The notes below the pieces were generated by a model. It searched no databases. It had not been told where the DNA came from and was given only the letters and a program-made list of their open reading frames with translations. Position numbers and translations under genes: made by a program. This document shows positions 47,038 to 57,548 of a DNA stretch of 64,000 nt, one piece after another. How positions within the stretch are numbered: position 1 is the first letter of the stretch; each line of letters starts with the position of its first letter. The DNA lies in assembly GCA_947258975.1 (NCBI GenBank), contig CAMYKK010000003.1, forward strand, positions 24,503 through 88,502, in the 5' to 3' direction. The stretch is from an uncultured Gammaproteobacteria bacterium. Lineage in GTDB: Bacteria; Pseudomonadota; Gammaproteobacteria; Arenicellales; JAANXG01.

Positions 47038-48378
47038 ATGATCGATAAATTAGTGATCGCGAACCGGGGGGAGATCGCCCTGCGGATTCAGCGCGCCTGT
47101 CGTGACCTGGGGATTCGCACTGTGGCCGCGCACTCGGAGGCGGATCGTGACGCAAAGCACGTGCGACTCGCCGATGAGTCGGTATGCATAGGGCCTCCCG
47201 CGGCGTCCGACAGCTATCTTAACATCCCTGCAGTGATCGCCGCCGCGGAAGTGACGGATGCAGGGGCGATTCATCCAGGGTATGGGTTTTTGGCCGAGAA
47301 CGCCGATTTCGCCGAACGAGTGGAACAAAGCGGGTTTATCTTCATTGGACCACGGCCGGAGACTATTCGGCTCATGGGCGACAAGATCGCGGCCATCCGT
47401 GCCATGAAGGAAGCCGGTGTCCCCTGCGTACCGGGCTCGAATGGACCGTTAGGCGAGGACGATCGCGACAATCTCCATATCGCGAACCAGATCGGTTACC
47501 CAGTGATCATCAAAGCCGCCGGCGGCGGTGGTGGCAAGGGTATGCGAGTTGTGCACACCGAAGCGACATTGCGCAATGCGATATCCCTAACGCGGGCGGA
47601 AGCCGACGCGTCGTTCAACAATAGTATGGTTTACATGGAAAAGTACCTCGAGCGACCGCGTCACATAGAGGTCCAAGTCATGGCTGACGAACACGGCGGT
47701 GCGGTGTACGTGGGAGATCGCGACTGTTCCATGCAGCGCCGGCACCAGAAGGTTGTGGAAGAGGCCCCAGCGCTGGGTGTGACCGATAAGCAACGCGAGG
47801 AAATCGGAACACGATGTATCGAGGCGTGCCACAAATATAACTACCGGGGTGCCGGCACTTTTGAATTTCTCTACCAGGACGGTGAGTTTTACTTCATGGA
47901 AATGAATACCCGAATCCAGGTTGAGCACCCGGTAACGGAAATGGTCACCGGTATTGATCTGGTGAAGGAGCAATTAAAAATTGCCTCTGGGGAGCGCTTG
48001 TCTTTCCGGCAGGATGACACAACCGCTCGTGGGCACGCCATAGAGTGCCGGATCAATGCCGAAGATCCCGACACGTTTGTACCCTCGCCCGGGCGGATCG
48101 TGCAATATCATCAGCCGGGTGGGCCGGGTGTCAGGGTCGACTCACACATCTATAACAATTATGTGGTTCCGCCCTACTACGACTCCCTTATCGCCAAACT
48201 AATCGTGCATGGATCGGATCGCAGCGAGGCGATTGTACGGATGCGCAGCGCCCTGTACGAAATGGTCGTAGATGGTATCAAGACCAACATCCCGCTTCAC
48301 CAGAGAATAATGAGAGACGGAGGCTTCCAACGCGGTGACGTCACCATTCATTATTTGGAACAAACGTTCGCACGCTAG
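47038..48378 (+). CDS. accC: Acetyl-CoA carboxylase biotin carboxylase subunit
   Basis: 446 aa, [17 protein letters not shown].., with an ATP-grasp domain. Confidence 0.98.
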   Translation: MIDKLVIANRGEIALRIQRACRDLGIRTVAAHSEADRDAKHVRLADESVCIGPPAASDSYLNIPAVIAAAEVTDAGAIHPGYGFLAENADFAERVEQSGFIFIGPRPETIRLMGDKIAAIRAMKEAGVPCVPGSNGPLGEDDRDNLHIANQIGYPVIIKAAGGGGGKGMRVVHTEATLRNAISLTRAEADASFNNSMVYMEKYLERPRHIEVQVMADEHGGAVYVGDRDCSMQRRHQKVVEEAPALGVTDKQREEIGTRCIEACHKYNYRGAGTFEFLYQDGEFYFMEMNTRIQVEHPVTEMVTGIDLVKEQLKIASGERLSFRQDDTTARGHAIECRINAEDPDTFVPSPGRIVQYHQPGGPGVRVDSHIYNNYVVPPYYDSLIAKLIVHGSDRSEAIVRMRSALYEMVVDGIKTNIPLHQRIMRDGGFQRGDVTIHYLEQTFAR

Positions 48379-48382
48379 CCAA

Positions 48383-49264
48383 GTGTCTTGGCTTCGCATT
48401 TGTTACCGTACCAAACGCGACCTCGGGGCCCGAATTGGTGACGTGATGGAGGCGTGTGGTGCAATTGCGGTAAGCACGAAGAACGCCGGTAGCGGAGATT
48501 TTTTCGATACTGCATCCCCTGAAAATCCAGAATGGAGCGAGGTGTATGTAAGCGGTTTGTTTTTGCAGGATGTTGAGCCTGGCGGAATTACGGCATCAGT
48601 CGCCGAGCAGTTCGATGATTGCGAGACGCAACTTTTGGGGATCGACGAGTTGCCGGAACAAGACTGGGTGCAAGCATGGTCGCGCACTTGTCGACCGATG
48701 CGGATAACTCAACGCCTGTGGATATGCCCGAGCGTGAGCGATCCGCCGGTGTCAGATGCGGTAAACATCATTATTGATCCTGGCTTGGCGTTCGGAACCG
48801 GAGCCCACCCGACGACAAGACTGTGTCTGGAGTGGTTGGCGAACGCGGATGTATCTGGCAAACAGGTTGTGGACTATGGCTGTGGCTCGGGTATCTTGGC
48901 CATTGCCGCCGTTAAGCTGGGTGCGGCCCACGCGTGGGCCCTTGATGTCGACCCCCACGCATTGACTGCGACAAGGTATAATGCGCAACGAAACCATGTT
49001 GATGGCGGGGTAACCGTGGCCGCGCCCGAGAATTTGAAGGCTGGACGGGCCGATATTGTTATCGTCAATATCCTGGCCAACGTAATCGCCTCGCTTGCGG
49101 CGACGTTAACTACTTTGGTTCGACCCCAAGGGACCATACTGCTAACGGGAATCCTGGACTCTCAAGTCGAACGTGTATGTAAGGCGTTTCTGGATAAATT
49201 TGAATTTGCGCGCCATCGACGCCGGGATTGGAGTTTGTTGGTAGGCCGTCCAGCGGAGCGTTAG
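48383..49264 (+). CDS. prmA: Ribosomal protein L11 methyltransferase
   Basis: The GTG start at 48383 gives a 293-aa product (the size of E. coli PrmA). SAM motif VVDYGCGSGILAI. Confidence 0.88.
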   Translation: MSWLRICYRTKRDLGARIGDVMEACGAIAVSTKNAGSGDFFDTASPENPEWSEVYVSGLFLQDVEPGGITASVAEQFDDCETQLLGIDELPEQDWVQAWSRTCRPMRITQRLWICPSVSDPPVSDAVNIIIDPGLAFGTGAHPTTRLCLEWLANADVSGKQVVDYGCGSGILAIAAVKLGAAHAWALDVDPHALTATRYNAQRNHVDGGVTVAAPENLKAGRADIVIVNILANVIASLAATLTTLVRPQGTILLTGILDSQVERVCKAFLDKFEFARHRRRDWSLLVGRPAER

Positions 49265-49288
49265 AGAACAATTCAGCCAACTCGCGCG

Positions 49289-50623
49289 ATGTACGCACGT
49301 TGCCCCAATTGCCAGACAATATTCGAAGTCAATGACGACGTTTTGAATGCTCGCGTTGGCATGGCGCGGTGTGGTGTCTGCCGTGTGACGTTCAACGCAT
49401 CCTGGAACCTGGTGGACCAGCTCCCCGGTGTAGACCTACCGACTGCAGTGCGCCATCCACAGTCTACGGAACCTGAGGTGATGGAGAGTGACGCGCCCGC
49501 GGCCGATGTCGCGTCTCCAGAACCAGAGCCCGAACCTGAGATATCCGAACGAATCACGGAGCCGGTCGCATCCGAGTCTGTCGCGAGTCCCGTGCCGGTT
49601 GATGCGGAGCCATTTGAACTGGTGAGTGAGGAAATTGAAATCGAATCCGTGTCCATACTCAAGGAGGTCGAGCGACTCGACGATGCGCTGTCACGTAAGC
49701 AAGGGAGCCCCCAGGAGGACGACTACGACCAAACAACGAACCTTGATGCACCAGGGAAAGAGTTCGCGAAGACTATCATCCCTGAACACGAGATAGTACT
49801 CGAAACCTCAGCCGAAGCCTGGCAGCAGCTGGGGCCCGATGTGAAACCCGAACCGAGCGCCCTCGACCACGAACGCATCTCCACTTCGGTGGACCGGATG
49901 CGGGCCATGCTCAATCCAGTCACCGAGCCCGAGACGGACAGCGAGGAGTCGAGCAAGTTGATCCCAGCGGCGGTACCGCCCGTCGCCGAAAGGCGCGCGC
50001 TGCGCCGCACCGAACTGCCACCGGAACTGGATCCATTACGTGACGGCGGTATCGAGGGCGCGGCTGGTGATGCTGGGCTGGCGACCCTGCCTGAAATATA
50101 TGCCGGGCCGGAGGTCGACGCAAATGAGGCGGCAAGCAGAAGTTCGGCTATTGCATGGCGCGGCGTCGCATGGTTTCTTGGCCTGGTCAGCCTGTCACTA
50201 ACGATTTTGTGGCAGATCAGGGAGTTTTACCTCGATGACCTGGCGCAATTTCCGGCGATAAGGCCTGCTTTGTCGGAGTTTTGCGAATTTACCGCATGTG
50301 CGGTGCCGCCACGCCGCGATCCCCGCCTCATAGATCTTGTGGGCACCAATGTCGAAACCCACCCGGCTGTACCCGGCGCATTGCGCGTGGTCGTCAGCTT
50401 GATCAATCGCGCGGATTATTCTCAATTACCCCCATTGTTGGAAGTAACGCTGAGTAATAGAACCGGCGGCGTAGCGGGCCGGCGTACATACACATTCAGT
50501 GACTACGTCACGAATACCGATGACGCGAATCTTGAGCCAAATGTCGTATCCAATATCACGATCGATCTGGCGGCACCCTCTGAAAGTGCAGTCGGTTACG
50601 AGATACAACTAATACCCGATTAA
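49289..50623 (+). CDS. Zinc-ribbon (MJ0042-type) / DUF3426 protein
   Basis: N-terminal CPNC..CGVC zinc ribbon, an acidic low-complexity middle region, one TM helix and a C-terminal DUF3426-like region. Position between prmA and dusB matches Pseudomonas. Confidence 0.72.
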   Translation: MYARCPNCQTIFEVNDDVLNARVGMARCGVCRVTFNASWNLVDQLPGVDLPTAVRHPQSTEPEVMESDAPAADVASPEPEPEPEISERITEPVASESVASPVPVDAEPFELVSEEIEIESVSILKEVERLDDALSRKQGSPQEDDYDQTTNLDAPGKEFAKTIIPEHEIVLETSAEAWQQLGPDVKPEPSALDHERISTSVDRMRAMLNPVTEPETDSEESSKLIPAAVPPVAERRALRRTELPPELDPLRDGGIEGAAGDAGLATLPEIYAGPEVDANEAASRSSAIAWRGVAWFLGLVSLSLTILWQIREFYLDDLAQFPAIRPALSEFCEFTACAVPPRRDPRLIDLVGTNVETHPAVPGALRVVVSLINRADYSQLPPLLEVTLSNRTGGVAGRRTYTFSDYVTNTDDANLEPNVVSNITIDLAAPSESAVGYEIQLIPD

Positions 50624-50754
50624 AACACTTTCAGAACCGGCGTAAAAAATTTTTACAAAAAAGCCCTGTCAGGTCTTTCCGCCCAAAAACGTCGGGAGTA
50701 TCATCTCCCTTTCCTGCCTCACTCAATACGATACAAGTAACAAGCTGACCGAGG

Positions 50755-51741
50755 ATGGAACTCGGACCTTATACACTACCCAACAATATTTTCGTTGCAC
50801 CGATGGCCGGTGTTACCGATAGGCCGTTTCGACAACTATGTCGCCGGCTCGGGGCCGGTCTCGCGGTTTCGGAGATGATTTCGGCGAACGCGCAACTGCG
50901 ACGTACTCACAAAACACGGCGGCGTATGGACCACTCGGGAGAGGACGAACCCAGGTCGGTTCAAATCGCGGGCGCGGAACCCGCCGCCATGGCGGATGCG
51001 GCGCGCTATAACGTAGATCACGGTGCACAAATCATCGACATCAACATGGGTTGTCCGGCAAAAAAGGTATGCAGGAGATCGGCGGGTTCGGCGCTATTGG
51101 CGGATGAGCGGCTGGTTTCCAGGATTCTTGACGCTGTCGTAGGTGCGGTAAGCGTGCCGGTCACACTAAAAATACGCACCGGCCCTCGACCTGACCGGCG
51201 GAACGGAGTGCGCATAGGCAAGATCGCTGAAGCGGCGGGAATCCGCGCTCTCGCGGTGCACGGGCGCACCCGTTTCTGCAATTATCACCGGCATGCCGAG
51301 TACGACACCATCCGCGCGATAACCCGTTCGGTGTCTATTCCTGTGATCGCCAACGGAGATATCGACGATCCGATCAAAGCCAAACAGGTGTTGGAGTACA
51401 CCGGCGCCGATGGCGTAATGATCGGTCGGGCCGCCCAAGGCCGCCCGTGGTTGTTCACGCAGATCGATCACTACCTGCGTAGCGGCCAGAGACTCTGTGA
51501 CCCGAGCTTGTCTCAGCAGCGGGACTTGTTGCTGGGTCATCTGCGCCAACTACACGAGTTCTATGGTGAGGCGATTGGTGTGCGTGTGGCGCGTAAGCAT
51601 ATCGGGTGGTACACCGGACAATTGCTCGGGCAGCGGGAGTTTCGCAGCCGTATTAATCGTATTGAAGGCAGCCGCGAGCAGTTGCGGCAGACAAGGCAAT
51701 ATTTCGACACGTTGATAGAGCAATATTGGTTGGCGGCATGA
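50755..51741 (+). CDS. dusB: tRNA-dihydrouridine synthase B
   Basis: ..APMAGVTDRPFR.., ..IDINMGCPAKKV.. Followed by fis. Confidence 0.93.
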   Translation: MELGPYTLPNNIFVAPMAGVTDRPFRQLCRRLGAGLAVSEMISANAQLRRTHKTRRRMDHSGEDEPRSVQIAGAEPAAMADAARYNVDHGAQIIDINMGCPAKKVCRRSAGSALLADERLVSRILDAVVGAVSVPVTLKIRTGPRPDRRNGVRIGKIAEAAGIRALAVHGRTRFCNYHRHAEYDTIRAITRSVSIPVIANGDIDDPIKAKQVLEYTGADGVMIGRAAQGRPWLFTQIDHYLRSGQRLCDPSLSQQRDLLLGHLRQLHEFYGEAIGVRVARKHIGWYTGQLLGQREFRSRINRIEGSREQLRQTRQYFDTLIEQYWLAA

Positions 51742-51980
51742 GTAAAACCAAGCAAGATCCTCCATTATGCAAATGTGTGCAGCGGTCGTTGAAAACATAT
51801 TTCAAAGATTTAAATGGTGAGGACGCTAACGATCTTTACGCGATGGTTATCGAGGAGATTGAAAAGCCTCTGCTGGAAGTGGTTATGGAGCAAGCGGAAA
51901 GCAATCAGACGAAAGCCGCTCAGCTGCTGGGGATCAACCGGAATACATTACGGAAAAAACTCAAATACTATGGCCTTTAG
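51738..51980 (+). CDS. fis: DNA-binding protein Fis
   Basis: C-terminal HTH ..GNQTKAAQLLGINRNTLRKKLKYYGL. The ATG at 51738 overlaps the dusB stop (ATGA). Confidence 0.9.
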   Translation: MSKTKQDPPLCKCVQRSLKTYFKDLNGEDANDLYAMVIEEIEKPLLEVVMEQAESNQTKAAQLLGINRNTLRKKLKYYGL

Positions 51981-52090
51981 CAAGCGGCGTTTTTCATGCA
52001 TACCGAGATTGATCCGTCGTTAGAAGCAATGTAACCGCCGTCGGTGACCGTCAAATCGGAGGCGGCCCCTCGTAGGTAAAAATATCCATT

Positions 52091-53686
52091 ATGAACCAAT
52101 CTTCGACTATGGCCGCCTCGGGTGTGGCCCCGGTTAGGCGGGCGCTGATCAGCGTGTCCGATAAAAATGGCATCGTTGAATTCGCTGAGAAATTGCGCGC
52201 ACAAGGTGTGGAGATCCTGTCCACAGGAGGCTCCGCCAACTTGTTGGCGCAGCACAAAATATCCGTGACCGAAGTTTCCAGTCATACCGGGTTTCCGGAG
52301 ATTATGGATGGCCGGGTCAAGACGCTACATCCGCTTATTCACGGAGGCATCCTTGGTCGCCGCGGTGAACACGATCACGTGATGAAGAAACATGGCATTA
52401 CACCTATTGATCTCGTGGCGGTGAACCTCTATCCATTCGCGCAGGTGACTGCGGATCCCAACTGCGATTTGGCGACCGCGATCGAGAACATCGACGTGGG
52501 GGGGCCGACGATGTTAAGGGCGGCGGCGAAGAATCACGATGCCGTAACCGTGATCGTCGATAGTACGGATTACGAGGTAGTTGTAAGCGAGTTGGGCGAG
52601 TATGGCGGTGTCACCTTGGCAACGCGCTATCGCTTGGCGGTGAAGGCCTTTGCGTACACCGCTGCCTACGACGGCATGATCGCCAATTACCTGAGCCGCA
52701 TCGACACTGACGGGTCCCGCGGGAGATTCCCAGAAATTCTCAACCTGCAATTTCGTAAGATCCAAGACATGCGTTACGGAGAAAATCCCCATCAGGAAGC
52801 GGCCTTCTTTGCGGATTCTAAACCGGTGCGGCCAAGTGTTGCGCTGTCCGAGCTCCTGCAAGGCAAGGCGATGTCTTACAACAATGTCGCTGACACCGAC
52901 GCAGCGTTGGAATGTGTGCGGTCATTTGATGGCACCGCATGTGTAATCGTGAAGCATGCGAACCCCTGCGGGGTGGCCATTGGAGAAACCCAGTTAGATG
53001 CCTATGATCGCGCGTTCAAGACCGATCCGACCTCAGCGTTTGGCGGCATCATTGCGTTTAATCGGACCCTGGATGCCGAGACCGCAGCGGCCATCATAGA
53101 TCGGCAGTTTGTGGAGGTGATCGTCGCACCACGGATCACAGAACAGGTGCGTGAGATTCTGTCAGCCAAGAAGAATGTGCGGGTGCTCGAAACTGGCCGG
53201 TTCGGTGAGTTGCATGATCCCGGTTGGGCTTACAAGCGGGTGATCGGTGGGCTGCTGGTCCAAGACCATGATATCGGTGAAGTGGATCATGGCGACCTGA
53301 AAGTAGTGACTGAACGTACGCCGACGGCTGCCGAGATGCGTGATCTGCTGTTCGCCTGGAAGGTGGTCAAATTCGTCAAATCCAATGCCATCGTGTATGC
53401 CAAGGATCAGATGACGATCGGTATCGGGGCGGGCCAGATGAGTCGCGTCTATTCGGCCAGGATTGCCGCGCTCAAAGCCGCCGACGAGAACCTTTCCGTT
53501 GCCGGCTCGGTGATGGCGTCTGATGCGTTCTTCCCGTTTCGCGACGCCATCGATGCCGCCGCCGATGCCGGAATCGCGGCCGTGATCGAACCTGGCGGTT
53601 CAATGCGCGATGATGAGGTGATCGGCGCCGCTGACGAGCACGGCATGGCCATGGTGTTTACGGGGATGCGGCACTTTCGGCACTAA
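52091..53686 (+). CDS. purH: Bifunctional AICAR transformylase / IMP cyclohydrolase
   Basis: ..[17 protein letters not shown].. MGS-like domain and a C-terminal AICARFT domain. An alternative start lies at 52109. Confidence 0.97.
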   Translation: MNQSSTMAASGVAPVRRALISVSDKNGIVEFAEKLRAQGVEILSTGGSANLLAQHKISVTEVSSHTGFPEIMDGRVKTLHPLIHGGILGRRGEHDHVMKKHGITPIDLVAVNLYPFAQVTADPNCDLATAIENIDVGGPTMLRAAAKNHDAVTVIVDSTDYEVVVSELGEYGGVTLATRYRLAVKAFAYTAAYDGMIANYLSRIDTDGSRGRFPEILNLQFRKIQDMRYGENPHQEAAFFADSKPVRPSVALSELLQGKAMSYNNVADTDAALECVRSFDGTACVIVKHANPCGVAIGETQLDAYDRAFKTDPTSAFGGIIAFNRTLDAETAAAIIDRQFVEVIVAPRITEQVREILSAKKNVRVLETGRFGELHDPGWAYKRVIGGLLVQDHDIGEVDHGDLKVVTERTPTAAEMRDLLFAWKVVKFVKSNAIVYAKDQMTIGIGAGQMSRVYSARIAALKAADENLSVAGSVMASDAFFPFRDAIDAAADAGIAAVIEPGGSMRDDEVIGAADEHGMAMVFTGMRHFRH

Positions 53687-53778
53687 CGCTGTTGAGTAAC
53701 GCCCCGATCATGCGCACGCCCCAATAGAAGCGGAGTCTCGCATGCCTGTGCTGCGCGCGGGCAATTGATAGCACCGTT

Positions 53779-53820
53779 GAAAATAGGGGTCGGAGTCACA
53801 GACTCCGATCCCTATTTTTC
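53779..53820 (+). terminator. Intrinsic terminator of purH, formed by the repeat hairpin module
   Basis: AATAGGGGTCGGAGTC-ACA-GACTCCGATCCCTATT (16-bp stem with one G-U pair), with TTTTT following and AAAA preceding. Confidence 0.7.
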
Positions 53821-53873
53821 TGCGCGTAGTCGCAGTATGTGCCAGCATCCGGGATCCTGTTGAGAAATGCGGG
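53779..53873. repeat. Copy of the composite repeat (hairpin module plus the roughly 50-nt module shared with 7131-7183)
   Basis: GCGTAGTCGCAGTATGTGCCAGCATCCGGGATCCTGTTGAGAAATGCGGGC versus 7131-7181 GCGGAGTCGCAGTATGCGCCAGCATCCGGGATCCCGGTGAGAAATGCGGGT; only a few mismatches by eye. Confidence 0.65.
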
Positions 53874-53983
53874 CTAGGGACTCGGACCTTGCGGAATATG
53901 TAAAAGTGTGCGGGGCAGACATTATCCAGGGAGCAGGGTAAGATTGCCGCCCTTTCAGTAACGAACTGTGAGAGACGAAGGCG

Positions 53984-55273
53984 ATGGAAGTCTTGATCGT
54001 TGGTGGCGGTGGGCGTGAACACGCGCTGGCGTGGAAGGTTGCCCGGTCGCAGCGTGTGAACAAAGTCTATGTCGCGCCGGGCAACGCCGGCACCGCACGT
54101 GAACCGGAAGTTGAAAACGTTGCCGTCGGTGCGGAGGATATCGCGGGATTGGTGGAGTTCGCCGACGATAGGAAAGTGGATCTCACTATCATTGGTCCGG
54201 AGGCGCCGTTGGTTGCAGGTGTGGTTGACGCCTTTCAGGAACGGAATCTGGCCTGTTTCGGGCCAATACAACGCGCGGCGCAGCTGGAGGGATCAAAGTC
54301 ATTTACCAAGGACTTTCTATGCCGGCATCACATTCCTACTGCTGACTACGAGACGTTTGCTGATCTAGCACACGCCACCGATTACATCGAACGCAGAGGT
54401 GCCCCAGTCGTGGTCAAGGCCGACGGTTTGGCCGCGGGCAAGGGGGTTACCATTGCGCAGACGGTGGACGAAGCGATAGCCGCGGCCGCCGAGTGCCTGG
54501 CAGAGAACAAATACGGGGACGCGGGCAGCAAGATCGTGATCGAAGAATGCTTGACCGGGGAGGAAGCGAGCTTTATCTGCATCGTTGATGCAGAGCATGT
54601 GCTGCCTCTAGCGACCTCGCAAGATCATAAGGCGCGTGATGACGGTGACACCGGTCCCAACACCGGCGGTATGGGCGCATACTCGCCGGCTCCGGTAGTG
54701 ACTGATGAGATGCACCAGCGGATTATGCAAGACATCATCAAGCCCACGGTACGCGGTTTGGTGGAAGACGGGGCACCGTATACTGGATTCCTGTACGCCG
54801 GTTTGATGATCGGCGCAGACGGAATCCCCCAGGTGCTGGAATACAACTGCCGGTTTGGTGATCCGGAGACGCAACCGATACTCATGCGCCTGCAGTCAGA
54901 CCTGGTGGAGCTGTGCGAAGCCGCGCTCCAAGGACGCCTGCATGAGGTACAGGCCCGATGGGATTCACGCGCCGCACTGGGCGTGGTCATGGCCGCTGGT
55001 GGATATCCGGGAGATTACCGCAAGGGGGAGGTGATTGCAGGCCTTGACGGTGTTGATTCCGATACGATCAAGGTTTTTCATGCCGGTACCCACTTGGATG
55101 GAGGGAAAGTTGTTACCAGCGGCGGAAGAGTGTTATGTGCGACGGCGCTTGGAGAGACGGTCCACGAAGCACAGGAAAGAGCCTACCAAGCAGTGGGTCA
55201 TATACATTGGGAGGGCGTGTATTACCGCACCGATATTGGTTATCAAGCGGTAATCAGGGAACAAAGTGATTAA
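53984..55273 (+). CDS. purD: Phosphoribosylamine-glycine ligase
   Basis: MEVLIVGGGGREHALAWK.., with an ATP-grasp domain. Confidence 0.97.
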   Translation: MEVLIVGGGGREHALAWKVARSQRVNKVYVAPGNAGTAREPEVENVAVGAEDIAGLVEFADDRKVDLTIIGPEAPLVAGVVDAFQERNLACFGPIQRAAQLEGSKSFTKDFLCRHHIPTADYETFADLAHATDYIERRGAPVVVKADGLAAGKGVTIAQTVDEAIAAAAECLAENKYGDAGSKIVIEECLTGEEASFICIVDAEHVLPLATSQDHKARDDGDTGPNTGGMGAYSPAPVVTDEMHQRIMQDIIKPTVRGLVEDGAPYTGFLYAGLMIGADGIPQVLEYNCRFGDPETQPILMRLQSDLVELCEAALQGRLHEVQARWDSRAALGVVMAAGGYPGDYRKGEVIAGLDGVDSDTIKVFHAGTHLDGGKVVTSGGRVLCATALGETVHEAQERAYQAVGHIHWEGVYYRTDIGYQAVIREQSD

Positions 55274-55294
55274 CAACAGCTCAGGGTTTAAACA

Positions 55295-55801
55295 ATGACT
55301 AAAGCATTTGTTGCGGTGTTAATGGGTTCCGACTCGGATCTGCCGATCATGCAGGCAACATTGGATACTTTGGATCGGTTGACGGTCCCATGGGAAGTAA
55401 AGATCACCTCCGCCCATCGCACCCCCGAAGTGACTCACGTTTACGTACGTGATGCGGATAGAAGAGGGTGCCTGGTGTTTATTGCCGCTGCCGGGCTGGC
55501 GGCACATCTGGCGGGGACGGTCGCCGGCTTGACCGTCAAGCCGGTCATCGGAGTACCGATCGATGCCGGTCCGCTGCACGGTGAAGACGCCTTATTGTCT
55601 ACGGTGCAGATGCCCGGTGGTATACCTGTGGCCTGTGTTGCCATCGGGAAAGCGGGCGCAAAAAATGCCGCTTATCTAGCGGCACAAATCATCGGTCTGT
55701 CCAATCCCGACATCGCCAGGCGGTTGGCGGAAGATCGAGTAAACAACGCACAGGCCGTGCAGGACAAAGATATCGAATTACAGCGGCGGCTGAAACGGTA
55801 A
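55295..55801 (+). CDS. purE: N5-carboxyaminoimidazole ribonucleotide mutase
   Basis: ..[16 protein letters not shown].. is a class I PurE signature. No purK follows. Confidence 0.94.
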   Translation: MTKAFVAVLMGSDSDLPIMQATLDTLDRLTVPWEVKITSAHRTPEVTHVYVRDADRRGCLVFIAAAGLAAHLAGTVAGLTVKPVIGVPIDAGPLHGEDALLSTVQMPGGIPVACVAIGKAGAKNAAYLAAQIIGLSNPDIARRLAEDRVNNAQAVQDKDIELQRRLKR

Positions 55802-55879
55802 CGCGGTCATGCGGCGTCGATAAATTCCTTGCCATCGAGTTTATGTGCGGCCTCAATGGAATAGCCACAAATCGCTGCG

Positions 55880-56446
55880 GTGCATGGAGTGAATATTGAA
55901 TCAATACGAACGGCAGCTAGGATCATCGTGGATGGTGGTGTGATCGCTTATCCAACCGAGTCCTGCTATGGATTGGGATGCGACCCGCGCCGACATGCGT
56001 CGGTGCGGCGGTTATTGCGCCTGAAACACCGGCCGCACACATTCGGGCTCATCATCGTCGCCGCCCATCTGGACCAGTTGCGTCCCTACGTTGATTTTTC
56101 ACCGCCGGTGATGATTGATCGTGTGACCCGGACCTGGCCCGGTCCGCATACCTGGTTGGTGCCGGCACGGCGCGGAGTATCCCGGTGGCTTTGCGGAGAA
56201 CATTCCACCGTTGCCGTCCGCATTACCGCACATCCCGGGGCATCCGCGGTTTGCCGCTATGCGCGACGGGCCATCGTTTCTACCAGCGCCAACCGTCACC
56301 ATCGTCTACCGGCGCGATCGGCGTTGGGCGTTCGGCGCGAGTTCGGCGATCAGCTTGACTACGTGTTAGAAGGACAACTGGGCAATCATGCAAATCCCAC
56401 CGAAATCAGGGATGCGGTCACCGATGATGTCGTTCGTTTGGGTTGA
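55880..56446 (+). CDS. tsaC: L-threonylcarbamoyladenylate synthase (YrdC/TsaC type)
   Basis: ..GGVIAYPTESCYGLGCDP.., ..SANRHH.. GTG start. Confidence 0.82.
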   Translation: MHGVNIESIRTAARIIVDGGVIAYPTESCYGLGCDPRRHASVRRLLRLKHRPHTFGLIIVAAHLDQLRPYVDFSPPVMIDRVTRTWPGPHTWLVPARRGVSRWLCGEHSTVAVRITAHPGASAVCRYARRAIVSTSANRHHRLPARSALGVRREFGDQLDYVLEGQLGNHANPTEIRDAVTDDVVRLG

Positions 56447-56539
56447 CTGTATGGCAAGGGTCCGCGGCCGACTCCGCTTTGGCGGCGAGTTTCCCGCCAC
56501 ACCCCGCATGCGCGCACTAACTTAGATCATCATTTCGAA

Positions 56540-57469
56540 ATGTCACGGGATTATCCTGATATCCAAACTGTCAGTAACTATATGCTCGGTCTTCAGGACC
56601 GTATCTGCCTAGACTTGGAACAACAGGAGGGAAGAAAGCAATTTATCGAGGATGCGTGGGAACATTCCCATGGCGGAGGTGGAGGACGCTCGCGTGTGTT
56701 GTCCGACGGCATGGTATTGGAGCAGGCGGGAGTGAATTTCTCTCACGTCAAGGGCGAACAATTACCCTCCGCTGCGACCGCGAAGCGCCCGGAACTCACC
56801 GAGCTGAATTTTGAGGCGCTGGGTGTGTCGCTGGTGATCCACCCGTTGAATCCATACGTGCCGACTTCGCATATGAATATTCGCTGCTTTGTGGCCGGCA
56901 CTGAACGAGAGCAACCAGTATGGTGGGTCGGCGGTGGATTCGATTTAACCCCCTATTACGGTTTTCGCGAAGATGCCGTGCACTGGCACAAGACTGCGTT
57001 TGACGCCTGTAAAGTGCTTGGTGATGGTGCCTATTCGCGATACAAAAAATGGTGTGACGAATACTTTTACATTAGACACCGTAATGAGACCCGGGGTGTT
57101 GGCGGCTTATTTTTTGACGATTTGAACGCGCCGGATTTCGAACGGTGTTTCGATTTTGTACGCAGCGTGGGCGATCACTTTTCGCTAGCGTATCTACCCA
57201 TAGTAGAGCGTCGTAAGGCGATGGAATTTGGCGAGCGCGAGAGGAATTGGCAACTATATCGGCGCGGGCGATATGTGGAATTCAACTTGGTATACGACCG
57301 AGGCACTTTATTTGGTTTACAGAGCGGGGGTCGCACCGAGTCGATCCTGATGTCGTTGCCGCCGGTAGTGGCGTGGCGCTACAACTACGTACCGCAGCCA
57401 GGCTCTGCGGAGGCCGACTTGTATGAGAATTTTCTCGGCGCGCGCGATTGGCTTGGGGTGGATGATTGA
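56540..57469 (+). CDS. hemF: Oxygen-dependent coproporphyrinogen-III oxidase
   Basis: ..[51 protein letters not shown].. Confidence 0.95.
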   Translation: MSRDYPDIQTVSNYMLGLQDRICLDLEQQEGRKQFIEDAWEHSHGGGGGRSRVLSDGMVLEQAGVNFSHVKGEQLPSAATAKRPELTELNFEALGVSLVIHPLNPYVPTSHMNIRCFVAGTEREQPVWWVGGGFDLTPYYGFREDAVHWHKTAFDACKVLGDGAYSRYKKWCDEYFYIRHRNETRGVGGLFFDDLNAPDFERCFDFVRSVGDHFSLAYLPIVERRKAMEFGERERNWQLYRRGRYVEFNLVYDRGTLFGLQSGGRTESILMSLPPVVAWRYNYVPQPGSAEADLYENFLGARDWLGVDD

Positions 57470-57548
57470 TACTAATGACACGAGTATGGTGCGATTGCGT
57501 CGGCATTTGTCTTCCACCACTTTTCTTCGTTGACCAGCAACGTTTGTT

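Noticed and set aside
51981-52090. ZTP (pfl) riboswitch upstream of purH
   Set aside because: A hairpin CCGCC..GGCGG exists, but the conserved GGGUCGUGAC.. 5' subdomain and the CCGCCUGGGC 3' pseudoknot element are not present.
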